DNA from: a virus
Taxonomy: Duplodnaviria; Heunggongvirae; Uroviricota; Caudoviricetes
DNA: 6,182 nt
IMG/VR virus record: IMGVR_UViG_2657245634_000002
Strand: one strand, 5' to 3'
Under the pieces are notes generated by a model. The model was not told the origin of the DNA. It worked only from the letters and a program-made list of their open reading frames with translations, and searched no databases. The position numbers were made by a program, and so were the translations under genes. The stretch's first letter is position 1. Each line of letters starts with the position of its first letter. Positions 1 through 6,182 of this stretch are shown piece by piece.

Positions 1-114
1 GCCAAACGTAGCCGTTTACGCGGCAGGCTACCGGAAATCAAAACAATTGACGGCGAGATGATAAATTCATTTGCTAATTACTTGTTTTTGCCATGCTTAT
101 CCTGAGCGATAAGT

Positions 115-282
115 TCATCCATAAGGCTGTCTGCCACACTTGTCGCGTTTCTTCCAGCTGTGAACGGTTGCAACTTTCTCGCCCAGCATTTCAGCAATGC
201 GGGCTACACGGTATCCCTGAAAGTACAGCAGCATGGCCTGCCGACGGGGATCGAGATCTGCGGGTGTCAGTGTGGTGTTCAT
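115..282 (-). pseudogene. Possible truncated N-terminal fragment of terminase ATPase subunit (gpP-like), 55 codons then TGA
   Basis: Minus-strand ATG at 282 lies 142 nt upstream of and divergent from gene O, the position and orientation of gene P in P2. Translation MNTTLTPADLDPRRQAMLLYFQGYRVARIAEMLGEKVATVHSWKKRDKCGRQPYG looks like the HTH-like N-terminus of P2-family large terminases (recalled, not searched). All three minus-strand frames hit stops between 282 and 1, so no full-length P can be encoded here. Confidence 0.3.
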
Positions 283-328
283 GGCACAAACCTACAGCCT
301 TGAATGAAGGCTTTCCCCGCCTGCGGTT

Positions 329-346
329 TGTGTGGTAGTCGGTACA
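329..346 (+). promoter_or_regulatory. Candidate late-promoter activator (Ogr/Delta-type) site, TGT-N12-ACA, upstream of gene O
   Basis: Sequence TGTgtggtagtcggtACA at 329-346 matches the TGT-N12-ACA half-site arrangement of P2 late promoters. Its centre is about 55 nt upstream of a plausible start site near 390, with a weak -10-like CATAAG around 385-390 and the O start codon at 425. Confidence 0.35.
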
Positions 347-424
347 AATACCGCGCATTGTTTCACTGCCCCCATCACCGCAACCATAAGGCTCCAGTAA
401 GTTTTTTCTAACGGAGCACGGCTC

Positions 425-1258
425 ATGACAGTGAAAGCAAAGCGTTTTCGCATCGGGGTGGAAGGTGCCACCACCGACGGACGCGAAATCCAGCGTGAAT
501 GGCTGGAACAGATGGCAGCCAGCTACAACCCGGCGGTGTACACCGCGCTGATTAACCTTGAGCACATCAAGTCTTATCTGCCGGACAGCACCTTTAACCG
601 CTACGGCAAGGTGACGGCGCTGTTTGCTGAAGAAATCACGGAAGGCCCGCTGGCGGGCAAGATGGCACTGTATGCCGACGTTGAGCCAACGGAGTCCCTG
701 GTGGAACTGGTGAAAAAAGGCCAGAAATTATTCACCTCTATGGAAGTCAGCCCGAAGTTTGCAGATACGGGCAAAGCCTACCTGGTCGGCCTGGCTGCTA
801 CAGATGACCCTGCCAGTCTGGGCACTGAAATGCTGACATTCAGCGCCAGTGCAGCCCATAACCCGCTGGCAAACCGCAAGCAGAATCCTGCCAATCTCTT
901 TACCGCTGCAGAGGAAACGGTGATCGAACTGGAAGAAATCCAGGATGACAAACCGTCCCTGTTTTCCCGCGTCACGGCGCTGTTCACCAAAAAAGAGCAG
1001 TCAGACGATGCCCGGTTCTCTGATGTGCATAAGGCCGTGGAGCTGGTCGCCACTGAGCAGCAAAACCTGAGTGCGCGCACCGAAAAATCCCTGTCTGAAC
1101 AGGAAGAACGCCTGTCTGAGCTTGAGACAGCCCTGCAGGCACAGCAGACCGCCTTTAACGAACTGGTGGACAAGCTGAGCCATGAAGACAGCCGCCAGGA
1201 CTACCGCCAGCGTGCAACAGGCGGTAACGCCCCCGCTGACACTCTGACCAATTGCTGA
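425..1258 (+). CDS. O: Capsid scaffolding protein (P2 gpO family)
   Basis: 277-aa ORF with ATG start and GGAG 8 nt upstream. N-terminus FRIGVEGATTDGREI...INLEHI, central SMEVSPKFADTGKAYLVGLAATDDPASLGTE and C-terminal ATGG...TNC closely resemble P2 gpO as recalled. It sits directly upstream of the major capsid gene. Confidence 0.95.
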   Translation: MTVKAKRFRIGVEGATTDGREIQREWLEQMAASYNPAVYTALINLEHIKSYLPDSTFNRYGKVTALFAEEITEGPLAGKMALYADVEPTESLVELVKKGQKLFTSMEVSPKFADTGKAYLVGLAATDDPASLGTEMLTFSASAAHNPLANRKQNPANLFTAAEETVIELEEIQDDKPSLFSRVTALFTKKEQSDDARFSDVHKAVELVATEQQNLSARTEKSLSEQEERLSELETALQAQQTAFNELVDKLSHEDSRQDYRQRATGGNAPADTLTNC

Positions 1259-1274
1259 TGGAGCACAAAACCTG

Positions 1275-2333
1275 ATGAAGAAGAATACCCGCTTTGCTTT
1301 TAACGCTTACCTGCAGCAGCTGGCGCGTCTGAACGGTGTGGCAGTTGAAGAACTGTCCAGCAAGTTCACCGTAGAGCCGTCCGTGCAGCAGACGCTGGAA
1401 GACCAGATCCAGCAGTCCGCCGCATTCCTGACGCTGATTAACGTCACGCCAGTGACTGAGCAGTCCGGTCAGCTGCTTGGATTGGGTGTTGGCAGCACCA
1501 TTGCCGGAACCACTGATACCACCGCGAAAGAGCGTGAGCCTGTCGATCCGACGCTGATGGTCGATGTGGAATATAAATGCGAGCAGACCAACTTTGACAC
1601 GGTGCTGACCTACGCGAAGCTGGATCTGTGGGCGAAGTTTCAGGATTTCCAGGTGCGCATCCGTGACGCCATCGTGAAACGTCAGGCACTGGACCGCATC
1701 ATGATCGGCTTTAACGGCGTGAAGCGTGCGAAAACCTCCAACCGTAGCGAAAACCCGCTGCTGCAGGATGTGAACAAAGGCTGGCTGCAGAAAATCCGTG
1801 AGGATGCACCGGATCACGTCATGGGCAGCACCACCACGGGCGGTGAAACCACTCCGGGGGCGGTGAAAGTCGGGAAAGGTGGCGAATATGCCAACCTGGA
1901 CGCCGTGGTGATGGATGCCGTTAATGAGCTTATCGACGTGGTCTACCAGGACGATGACGATCTGGTGGTGATTTGTGGTCGTGAACTGCTGTCTGACAAG
2001 TATTTCCCGCTGGTCAACAAAGAGCAGGAAAACAGTGAAAAACTGGCTGCCGATATGATCATCAGCCAGAAACGCATGGGTGGCCTGCAGGCCGTGCGTG
2101 CGCCATTCTTCCCGCCGAATGCGCTGCTGATCACCCGTCTGGATAACCTGTCCATCTACTGGCAGGAAGACACCCGCCGCCGTTCAGTTATCGACAACCC
2201 GAAACGTGACCGGATTGAAAACTTTGAATCCGTTAACGAAGCCTATGTGGTTGAGGACTACCGCTGCGCCGCACTGGTGGAAAACATCCAGATTGGCGAC
2301 TTCAGCGCCGCCGCAGCAGAAACCGGAGCGTAA
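1275..2333 (+). CDS. N: Major capsid protein (P2 gpN family)
   Basis: 352-aa ORF. Motifs TRFAFNAYL, KFTVEPSVQQTL, LDLWAKFQDFQVRIRDAIVKRQALDRIMIGFNGVKRA, NLSIYWQEDTRRR and ENIQIGDFS match the P2 gpN capsid family as recalled. Position after O is conserved. Confidence 0.95.
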   Translation: MKKNTRFAFNAYLQQLARLNGVAVEELSSKFTVEPSVQQTLEDQIQQSAAFLTLINVTPVTEQSGQLLGLGVGSTIAGTTDTTAKEREPVDPTLMVDVEYKCEQTNFDTVLTYAKLDLWAKFQDFQVRIRDAIVKRQALDRIMIGFNGVKRAKTSNRSENPLLQDVNKGWLQKIREDAPDHVMGSTTTGGETTPGAVKVGKGGEYANLDAVVMDAVNELIDVVYQDDDDLVVICGRELLSDKYFPLVNKEQENSEKLAADMIISQKRMGGLQAVRAPFFPPNALLITRLDNLSIYWQEDTRRRSVIDNPKRDRIENFESVNEAYVVEDYRCAALVENIQIGDFSAAAAETGA

Positions 2334-2336
2334 TCC

Positions 2337-2987
2337 ATGAGCCTGAGTCCCGCACGGCAGCATCGCCTGCGCGTTCAGGCTGAACAGGCCGCCCGTGAGG
2401 GTGGCAGTGTTCGCCACGCGTCGGGCTATGACCTGATGCTGCTGCAACTGGCAGAAGACCGCCGCCGTCTCAAGGGCGTTCAGTCCACGGTGAAAAAAGC
2501 GGAAATCAAGGTGGAGCTGCTGCCGAAATATGCCGCCTGGGCGGAGGGCGTCCTGGCTGCCGGAGGCGCTCAACAGGATGACGTGCTGATGTACGTGATG
2601 CTGTGGCGCATTGATGCCGGAGATTATGCCGGGGCGCTGGAGATCGGGCGTCATGCCCTGCGTCATGGCTGGGTGATGCCGCTGGGTAACCGCAACGTGC
2701 AGACCGTGCTGGCAGAGGAAATGGCAGACGCCGCGCAGAGCGCAATACTTGCCGCCACCGGCTTTGATGCCGATCTGTTGTTGCAGACGCTGGAGCTGAC
2801 AGACGGTCTGGATATGCCGGACCAGTCACGGGCGCGTCTGCATAAAGCGATTGGCGCTGTCCTGAGTGAAAGCAATCCGGCTTCCGCCCTTAATCATCTC
2901 AACCATGCGTTACAGCTCGATCCCCGCTGTGGCGTGAAAAAAGACAAACAGCAGCTGGAGCGCAGACTGCGCAATGACAGCCGCTGA
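2337..2987 (+). CDS. M: Terminase small (endonuclease) subunit (P2 gpM family)
   Basis: 216-aa ORF starting 4 nt after the N stop, with GGAGCG upstream. Arg-rich N-terminus and conserved synteny O-N-M-L. Assigned by position and family resemblance. Confidence 0.88.
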   Translation: MSLSPARQHRLRVQAEQAAREGGSVRHASGYDLMLLQLAEDRRRLKGVQSTVKKAEIKVELLPKYAAWAEGVLAAGGAQQDDVLMYVMLWRIDAGDYAGALEIGRHALRHGWVMPLGNRNVQTVLAEEMADAAQSAILAATGFDADLLLQTLELTDGLDMPDQSRARLHKAIGAVLSESNPASALNHLNHALQLDPRCGVKKDKQQLERRLRNDSR

Positions 2988-3082
2988 CAGAACGTGCCCC
3001 CGCGCACGGGCGGCACGGGGTGGCGAAAGGCACTGCCACATCAAAACCCCGTCCACCGCCCTCTATTTCAGGAGAAAGCAGC

Positions 3083-3547
3083 ATGAAGTTTGTTGCGCCA
3101 GAACAGGCACCGGAACAGGCGGAAATCATCAGGAATACGCCGTTCTGGCCTGATGTGGACTTGTCGGAGTTTCGCAGTGTCATGCGCACTGACGGCACGG
3201 TGACGCAGCCGCGTTTAAAGCAGGTTGCGCTGTCGGCAATTTCGGAGGTCAACGCAGAGCTGTATGAGTTTCGCAGACGTCAGCAGATGCTGGGGTATGC
3301 GTCGCTGGCTGAGGTTCCGGCGGAACAGCTGGACGGCAAAAGTGAGCGCATTCAGCATTATTTCAACGCGGTTTACTGCTGGGCACGCGCCATGCTCAAC
3401 GAACGTTACCAGGACTATGACGCCACGGCGTCCGGTGTGAAGCGGGGCGAGGAACTGGCGGAAGCAAGCGGTGATTTGTGGCGTGACGCCCGCTGGGCCA
3501 TCAGCCGGGTGCACGATGCGCCGCACTGCACAGTGGAGCTTATCTGA
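3083..3547 (+). CDS. L: Head (capsid) completion protein (P2 gpL family)
   Basis: ATG at 3083 preceded by GGAG at 3071-3074. The ORF track's longer version begins at a GTG at 3020 with no RBS. Protein MKFVAPEQ...NTPFWPDVDLSEF...NAELYEF...DLWRDARWAISRV resembles P2 gpL. Its stop overlaps the X start (TGATGA). Confidence 0.9.
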   Translation: MKFVAPEQAPEQAEIIRNTPFWPDVDLSEFRSVMRTDGTVTQPRLKQVALSAISEVNAELYEFRRRQQMLGYASLAEVPAEQLDGKSERIQHYFNAVYCWARAMLNERYQDYDATASGVKRGEELAEASGDLWRDARWAISRVHDAPHCTVELI

Positions 3548-3750
3548 TGAAAGTGCGTGCGCATCAGTATGACACGGTGGACGCGCTTTGCTGGCGTCAT
3601 TACGGGCGCACGCAGGGTGTCACGGAGCAGGTACTGAAGGCAAATCCGGGGCTTGCCGAATACGGCCCCTTTTTACCTCACGGGCTGCAGGTGGAGCTGC
3701 CGGACATTCCGACCACCACCACCGTGCAGACCGTCCAGCTATGGGACTGA
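3547..3750 (+). CDS. X: Tail protein X (P2 gpX family, LysM-related fold)
   Basis: 67-aa ORF MKVRAHQYDTVDALCWRHYGRT...NPGLAEYGPFLPHGLQVELPDI, the right size, position and sequence character for P2 gpX. Start overlaps the L stop. Confidence 0.85.
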   Translation: MKVRAHQYDTVDALCWRHYGRTQGVTEQVLKANPGLAEYGPFLPHGLQVELPDIPTTTTVQTVQLWD

Positions 3751-3753
3751 ATT

Positions 3754-3969
3754 ATGACGCTTGAGCGAATCAGCGCCTTTATCACGTATTGCATCGCCGT
3801 CGTGCTGGCCTGGCTGGGCGATTTGTCCATCAAGGATGCCTCAACGCTGGGCGGCCTGATGATTGGTGTGCTGATGCTGGCTATCAACTGGTACTACAAA
3901 CACAAAGCCTACCAGCTTCTGCGCGACGGGCAGATCTCGCGGGAGGACTATGAATCCATCAATCGTTAA
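3754..3969 (+). CDS. Y: Holin, class II (two TMDs), pinholin-like
   Basis: 71-aa protein with two hydrophobic helices (ISAFITYCIAVVLAWLG and LGGLMIGVLMLAINWYY) and a charged C-terminal tail. Sits immediately upstream of, and overlapping, a SAR-type endolysin. It is shorter than the P2 Y holin and resembles the phage-21 S pinholin class in size and topology. Confidence 0.8.
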   Translation: MTLERISAFITYCIAVVLAWLGDLSIKDASTLGGLMIGVLMLAINWYYKHKAYQLLRDGQISREDYESINR

Positions 3970-4465
3970 ACGCTGCCTTGTCGGGGCCGTGCTGGCTATT
4001 GCTGCCACGCTGCCGGGTTTTCAGCAGCTTCACACCTCCGTGGAAGGGCTGAAACTGATTGCCGATTACGAAGGTTGTCGTCTGCAGCCGTATCAGTGCA
4101 GCGCGGGTGTCTGGACCGACGGCATTGGTAATACGTCGGGCGTCATTCCCGGCAAAACCATTACGGAGCGACAGGCAGCAGAAGGGCTGATCTCCAACGT
4201 GCTGCGTGTGGAGCGGGCGCTGGAAAGGTGTGTGAAGCAACAGCCGCCGCAGAAGGTGTATGACGCTGCGGTGTCGTTTGCCTTCAACGTGGGTACGGGC
4301 AATGCCTGCAGTTCCACGCTGGTGAAATTGCTCAATCAGCGGCGCTGGGCGGATGCGTGCCGACAGTTGCCGCGCTGGGTTTATGTGAAAGGTGTTTTTA
4401 ATCAGGGGCTGGATAACCGCCGTGCGCGGGAGATGGCCTGGTGCCTTAAAGGAGCTGGACTATGA
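3950..4465 (+). CDS. K: SAR endolysin, T4-lysozyme-like muramidase (GH24)
   Basis: 171 aa. N-terminal weakly hydrophobic Gly/Ala-rich segment KRCLVGAVLAIAATLPGF typical of a signal-anchor-release domain. Catalytic-triad-like spacing E-x8-C-x5-T in YEGCRLQPYQCSAGVWTDGIGNT. Downstream FAFNVGTGN...STL...LNQ...ACRQL.RWVY block resembles P21 R / RrrD-type lysozymes. Strong GGGAGGA RBS 4 nt before the ATG. Start lies inside the 3' end of the holin gene. Confidence 0.9.
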   Translation: MNPSIVKRCLVGAVLAIAATLPGFQQLHTSVEGLKLIADYEGCRLQPYQCSAGVWTDGIGNTSGVIPGKTITERQAAEGLISNVLRVERALERCVKQQPPQKVYDAAVSFAFNVGTGNACSSTLVKLLNQRRWADACRQLPRWVYVKGVFNQGLDNRRAREMAWCLKGAGL

Positions 4466-4890
4466 CGCGTGCGCTGGCAGTAGTGGTGGCGCTGGCACTC
4501 GTTGCGCTGGGCTGGCAGTCGTGGCGGCTTAACAGCGCCAGCCACACCATCGAAACGCAGCGCGCGGCGCTGAAAAGTAAAGCGCAGGAACTGACGAAGA
4601 AAAACAGCCAGCTGATCGGTCTGTCCATTCTGGCTGAAACCAACAACCGGGAGCAGGCGCGGCTCTACGCCGAAGCTGAACAAACCAGCGCACTGCTGAG
4701 ACAACGACAACACCGGATTGAGGAACTGAAACGTGAGAACGAGGATTTACGCCGCTGGGCTGATACTCCTTTGCCTGCTGACATTATCCGGCTGCGAAAA
4801 CGTCCGGTATTCACCGGAGGTGCAGCTTACCGTCAGTGGTTGTCCGCGAGTGACGCCGTGTCGGCTGGATCAGGCCGCGCCGCGCACTAA
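4462..4890 (+). CDS. lysB: i-spanin (Rz-like, P2 LysB family)
   Basis: 142 aa. N-terminal TMD ALAVVVALALVALGW, then a long charged predicted coiled-coil region (ETQRAALKSKAQELTKKNSQ...IEELKRENEDLRRW). ATG overlaps the endolysin stop (ATGA) with GGAG upstream. An out-of-frame lipoprotein gene is embedded at its 3' end. Confidence 0.85.
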   Translation: MTRALAVVVALALVALGWQSWRLNSASHTIETQRAALKSKAQELTKKNSQLIGLSILAETNNREQARLYAEAEQTSALLRQRQHRIEELKRENEDLRRWADTPLPADIIRLRKRPVFTGGAAYRQWLSASDAVSAGSGRAAH

Positions 4891-5023
4891 CGGTGATCTG
4901 AACGCATTGCTGGATGAAACGGAGGCCGCCTGGGCGGTCTGTGCAGACAAAGTGGACATGATTATTGCGTGTCAGGAGCGAAACAGTGAACAAACCACAA
5001 TCCCTGCGCCACGCCCTCAATAA
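4733..5023 (+). CDS. lysC: o-spanin, outer-membrane lipoprotein (Rz1-like, P2 LysC family)
   Basis: GTG start within lysB in another frame. Signal peptide with lipobox LTLSGC, a Pro- and Cys-containing mature region, short overall length. It overlaps the lysB 3' end and extends past it (overlapped rather than fully embedded spanin architecture). Confidence 0.8.
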   Translation: MRTRIYAAGLILLCLLTLSGCENVRYSPEVQLTVSGCPRVTPCRLDQAAPRTNGDLNALLDETEAAWAVCADKVDMIIACQERNSEQTTIPAPRPQ

Positions 5024-5417
5024 AGCAGTGCCTTATGTCCGTAATAACCCGGACAAACTGCATCTGTTTGTAGATAATGGTTCGCTGGTTGCCACCGGGG
5101 CCAGCTCCATGTCATGGGAGTATCGTTACACCCTGAACGTGGTGATAGAGGATTTCAGCGGCGACCAGAATCTGCTGATGGCCCCGGTTTTGCTGTGGCT
5201 GCGTGATAACCAACCTGATGCCATCAATAATCCGGCATTACGGGAAAAGCTATTCACCTTTGAGGTGGATATTCTGCGCAACGATGTCTGTGATATCAGC
5301 CTTAACCTGCAGCTGACAGAGCGTGTGGTGGTCAACACTGACGGCAGTGTGTCGAGCGTTGAAGCTATAGCGGAACCCGATGAACCTGAAGAAATGTGGA
5401 CGGTGAAACGTGGCTGA
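4986..5417 (+). CDS. R: Tail completion protein R (P2 gpR family)
   Basis: Protein ...KPQSLRHALNKAV...NPDKLHLFVDNGSL...RYTLNVVIEDFSGD..LLMAPVLLWLRDNQPD...ISLNLQLTER resembles P2 gpR. Preferred start is GTG at 4986 with AGGAG at 4974-4978. The ORF track's TTG at 4965 is an in-frame alternative. Overlaps the lysC 3' end. Confidence 0.85.
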   Translation: MNKPQSLRHALNKAVPYVRNNPDKLHLFVDNGSLVATGASSMSWEYRYTLNVVIEDFSGDQNLLMAPVLLWLRDNQPDAINNPALREKLFTFEVDILRNDVCDISLNLQLTERVVVNTDGSVSSVEAIAEPDEPEEMWTVKRG

Positions 5418-5859
5418 ATTGCAGAAGGTGGACGACTGGCTGAGTGCCTTGCTGGCGAATCTGGAGCCTGCCGCAAGAAGCCGCATGATGCGCCAGCTGG
5501 CGCAGGAACTGCGCCGGACACAGCAGCAGAATATCAGGATGCAGCGCAATCCAGATGGCAGCAGTTATGAGCCGCGACGGGCAACAGCACGCAGTAAAAA
5601 AGGCCGCATCAAACGCCAGATGTTTGCAAAGCTGCGCACCACAAAATACCTGAAAACTGCCGCCAGCGCCGATTCTGCCAGCGTGCAGTTTGCTGGCAAG
5701 GTGCAGCGTATTGCCCGTGTTCATCACTACGGCCTGCGAGAACGTATTCAACGAATTAATATGTCTATTAAGTATCCATGTAGAAAGTTGTTGGGAGTTA
5801 ATGAACAATTAATCATTGACTTAGAAAAATTATTAGTAGAGTATTTCGCTCAAAATTAG
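5410..5859 (+). CDS. S: Tail completion protein S (P2 gpS family); 3' end compositionally atypical
   Basis: 149-aa ORF whose GTG start overlaps the R stop by 8 nt, the same R/S overlap arrangement as in P2. Basic central region and VHHYGLRER motif fit gpS. The last ~35 codons (from about 5745) are AT-rich, unlike the rest of the gene. Confidence 0.85.
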   Translation: MAELQKVDDWLSALLANLEPAARSRMMRQLAQELRRTQQQNIRMQRNPDGSSYEPRRATARSKKGRIKRQMFAKLRTTKYLKTAASADSASVQFAGKVQRIARVHHYGLRERIQRINMSIKYPCRKLLGVNEQLIIDLEKLLVEYFAQN

Positions 5860-6182
5860 TACATCTGTGTGACAATATGCAACAGTTTATTCAGATTTTA
5901 CAAACTATTTCCACATGGCCGTTTGCTTTCATCTTTGGTCTATGTATTTTATATCGTCCTATAAATATGTTGTTTAGTAGATTTATTGAAAGTAATACGG
6001 CAAAAGCTAAATTAGGATTTGTGGAGCTAGAGATTGGAGAGCTAGCTAAAAAAGGAAGAGAGGCTGTTGATAATTTTAATGAGTTAACCATTGTTATGGC
6101 TAAGACTCGGTTGTTGGAGTTAGAGGTTACTAAAGAGAACTTTTCTGCAGCGTTTTCATCTAATCAGCAAGTTAAATTAAAT
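5745..6182. other. Abrupt low-GC segment: start of a horizontally acquired cargo (moron) region at the S-V variable locus
   Basis: By eye, base composition changes from well over 50% G+C across 1-5740 to roughly one third G+C from about 5745 to the window end. The boundary falls inside the 3' end of gene S, not in an intergenic gap. Confidence 0.6.
5877..6182 (+). CDS. Hypothetical membrane-anchored protein, first gene of low-GC cargo; 3' end outside window
   Basis: ATG at 5877 opens a frame that stays open for 102 codons to the window edge despite AT-rich sequence, where chance stops are frequent. Translation MQQFIQILQTISTWPFAFIFGLCILYRPINMLFSRFIESNTAKAKLGFVELEIGELAKKGREAVDNFNELTIVMAKTRLLELEVTKENFSAAFSSNQQVKLN has one N-terminal hydrophobic helix followed by a charged, helix-prone region. 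No family recognised. No clear Shine-Dalgarno; the start is 17 nt after the S stop. Confidence 0.5.
   Translation, partial: MQQFIQILQTISTWPFAFIFGLCILYRPINMLFSRFIESNTAKAKLGFVELEIGELAKKGREAVDNFNELTIVMAKTRLLELEVTKENFSAAFSSNQQVKLN

Noticed and set aside
93-338. 81-aa + strand ORF upstream of gene O
   Set aside because: Cys-rich, low-complexity translation. It overlaps antisense to the gpP-like stub and runs through the promoter region. No RBS and no recognisable family, so most likely non-coding.
1155-1817. 220-aa minus-strand ORF antisense to the O/N genes (similar long antisense ORFs at 2184-2666 and 5365-5808)
   Set aside because: They lie entirely within strongly supported + strand structural genes in GC-rich DNA, where long stop-free antisense frames arise by chance. 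Their translations are Arg/Cys/His-rich with no protein-like character and no RBS context.
3020-3082. Extended GTG start for gene L suggested by the ORF track (175 aa)
   Set aside because: The ATG at 3083 has a well-spaced GGAG and gives a protein beginning MKFVAPEQ, matching family length. The upstream extension covers the hairpin-containing intergenic region and has no RBS.
4965-4985. TTG at 4965 as the start of gene R
   Set aside because: It is possible, but the GTG at 4986 has a canonical AGGAG 7 nt upstream while the TTG has only a weak GGA. Kept as an alternative in the R feature.
5891-6091. 66-aa minus-strand ORF in the AT-rich tail
   Set aside because: It overlaps the + strand frame that stays open for 102 codons to the window end. 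In AT-rich DNA a frame that long without stops is far less likely by chance than a 66-codon one, so the + strand ORF is preferred.
1-6182. CRISPR arrays, tRNA/rRNA genes, IS elements or att-site repeats
   Set aside because: No direct-repeat/spacer periodicity, no cloverleaf-compatible tRNA-like segments, and no transposase-like ORFs or terminal inverted repeats were apparent on reading. The window is almost fully occupied by the late operon.

Overview
This window is the late-gene region of a P2-like (Peduovirus-type) prophage from an enterobacterial, fairly high-GC host. All calls rest on reading the translated ORFs and recalling family members from memory; no searches were run. On the + strand, in conserved P2 order, it encodes capsid scaffold (O), major capsid (N), terminase small subunit (M), head completion (L), tail protein X, a lysis cassette (small class II holin, SAR-type endolysin, overlapping spanin pair LysB/LysC) and tail completion proteins R and S. 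Genes are tightly packed with overlapping stops and starts. Three things depart from a textbook P2 layout. (1) The left edge has only a 55-codon, stop-terminated minus-strand ORF where the divergent terminase ATPase gene P should be, so the packaging arm looks truncated. (2) There is no lysA-like gene between the endolysin and lysB, and the holin is the short pinholin-like type. (3) Most interesting: at about 5745 the base composition drops abruptly from GC-rich to AT-rich, inside the last ~35 codons of gene S, and an AT-rich ORF starting at 5877 runs open to the window end. This is the S-V variable (orf30-position) cargo locus of P2-like phages, and the cargo here is unidentified and mostly outside the window. 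It is the best candidate for a novel accessory or defence system, but only its first ~100 codons are visible.
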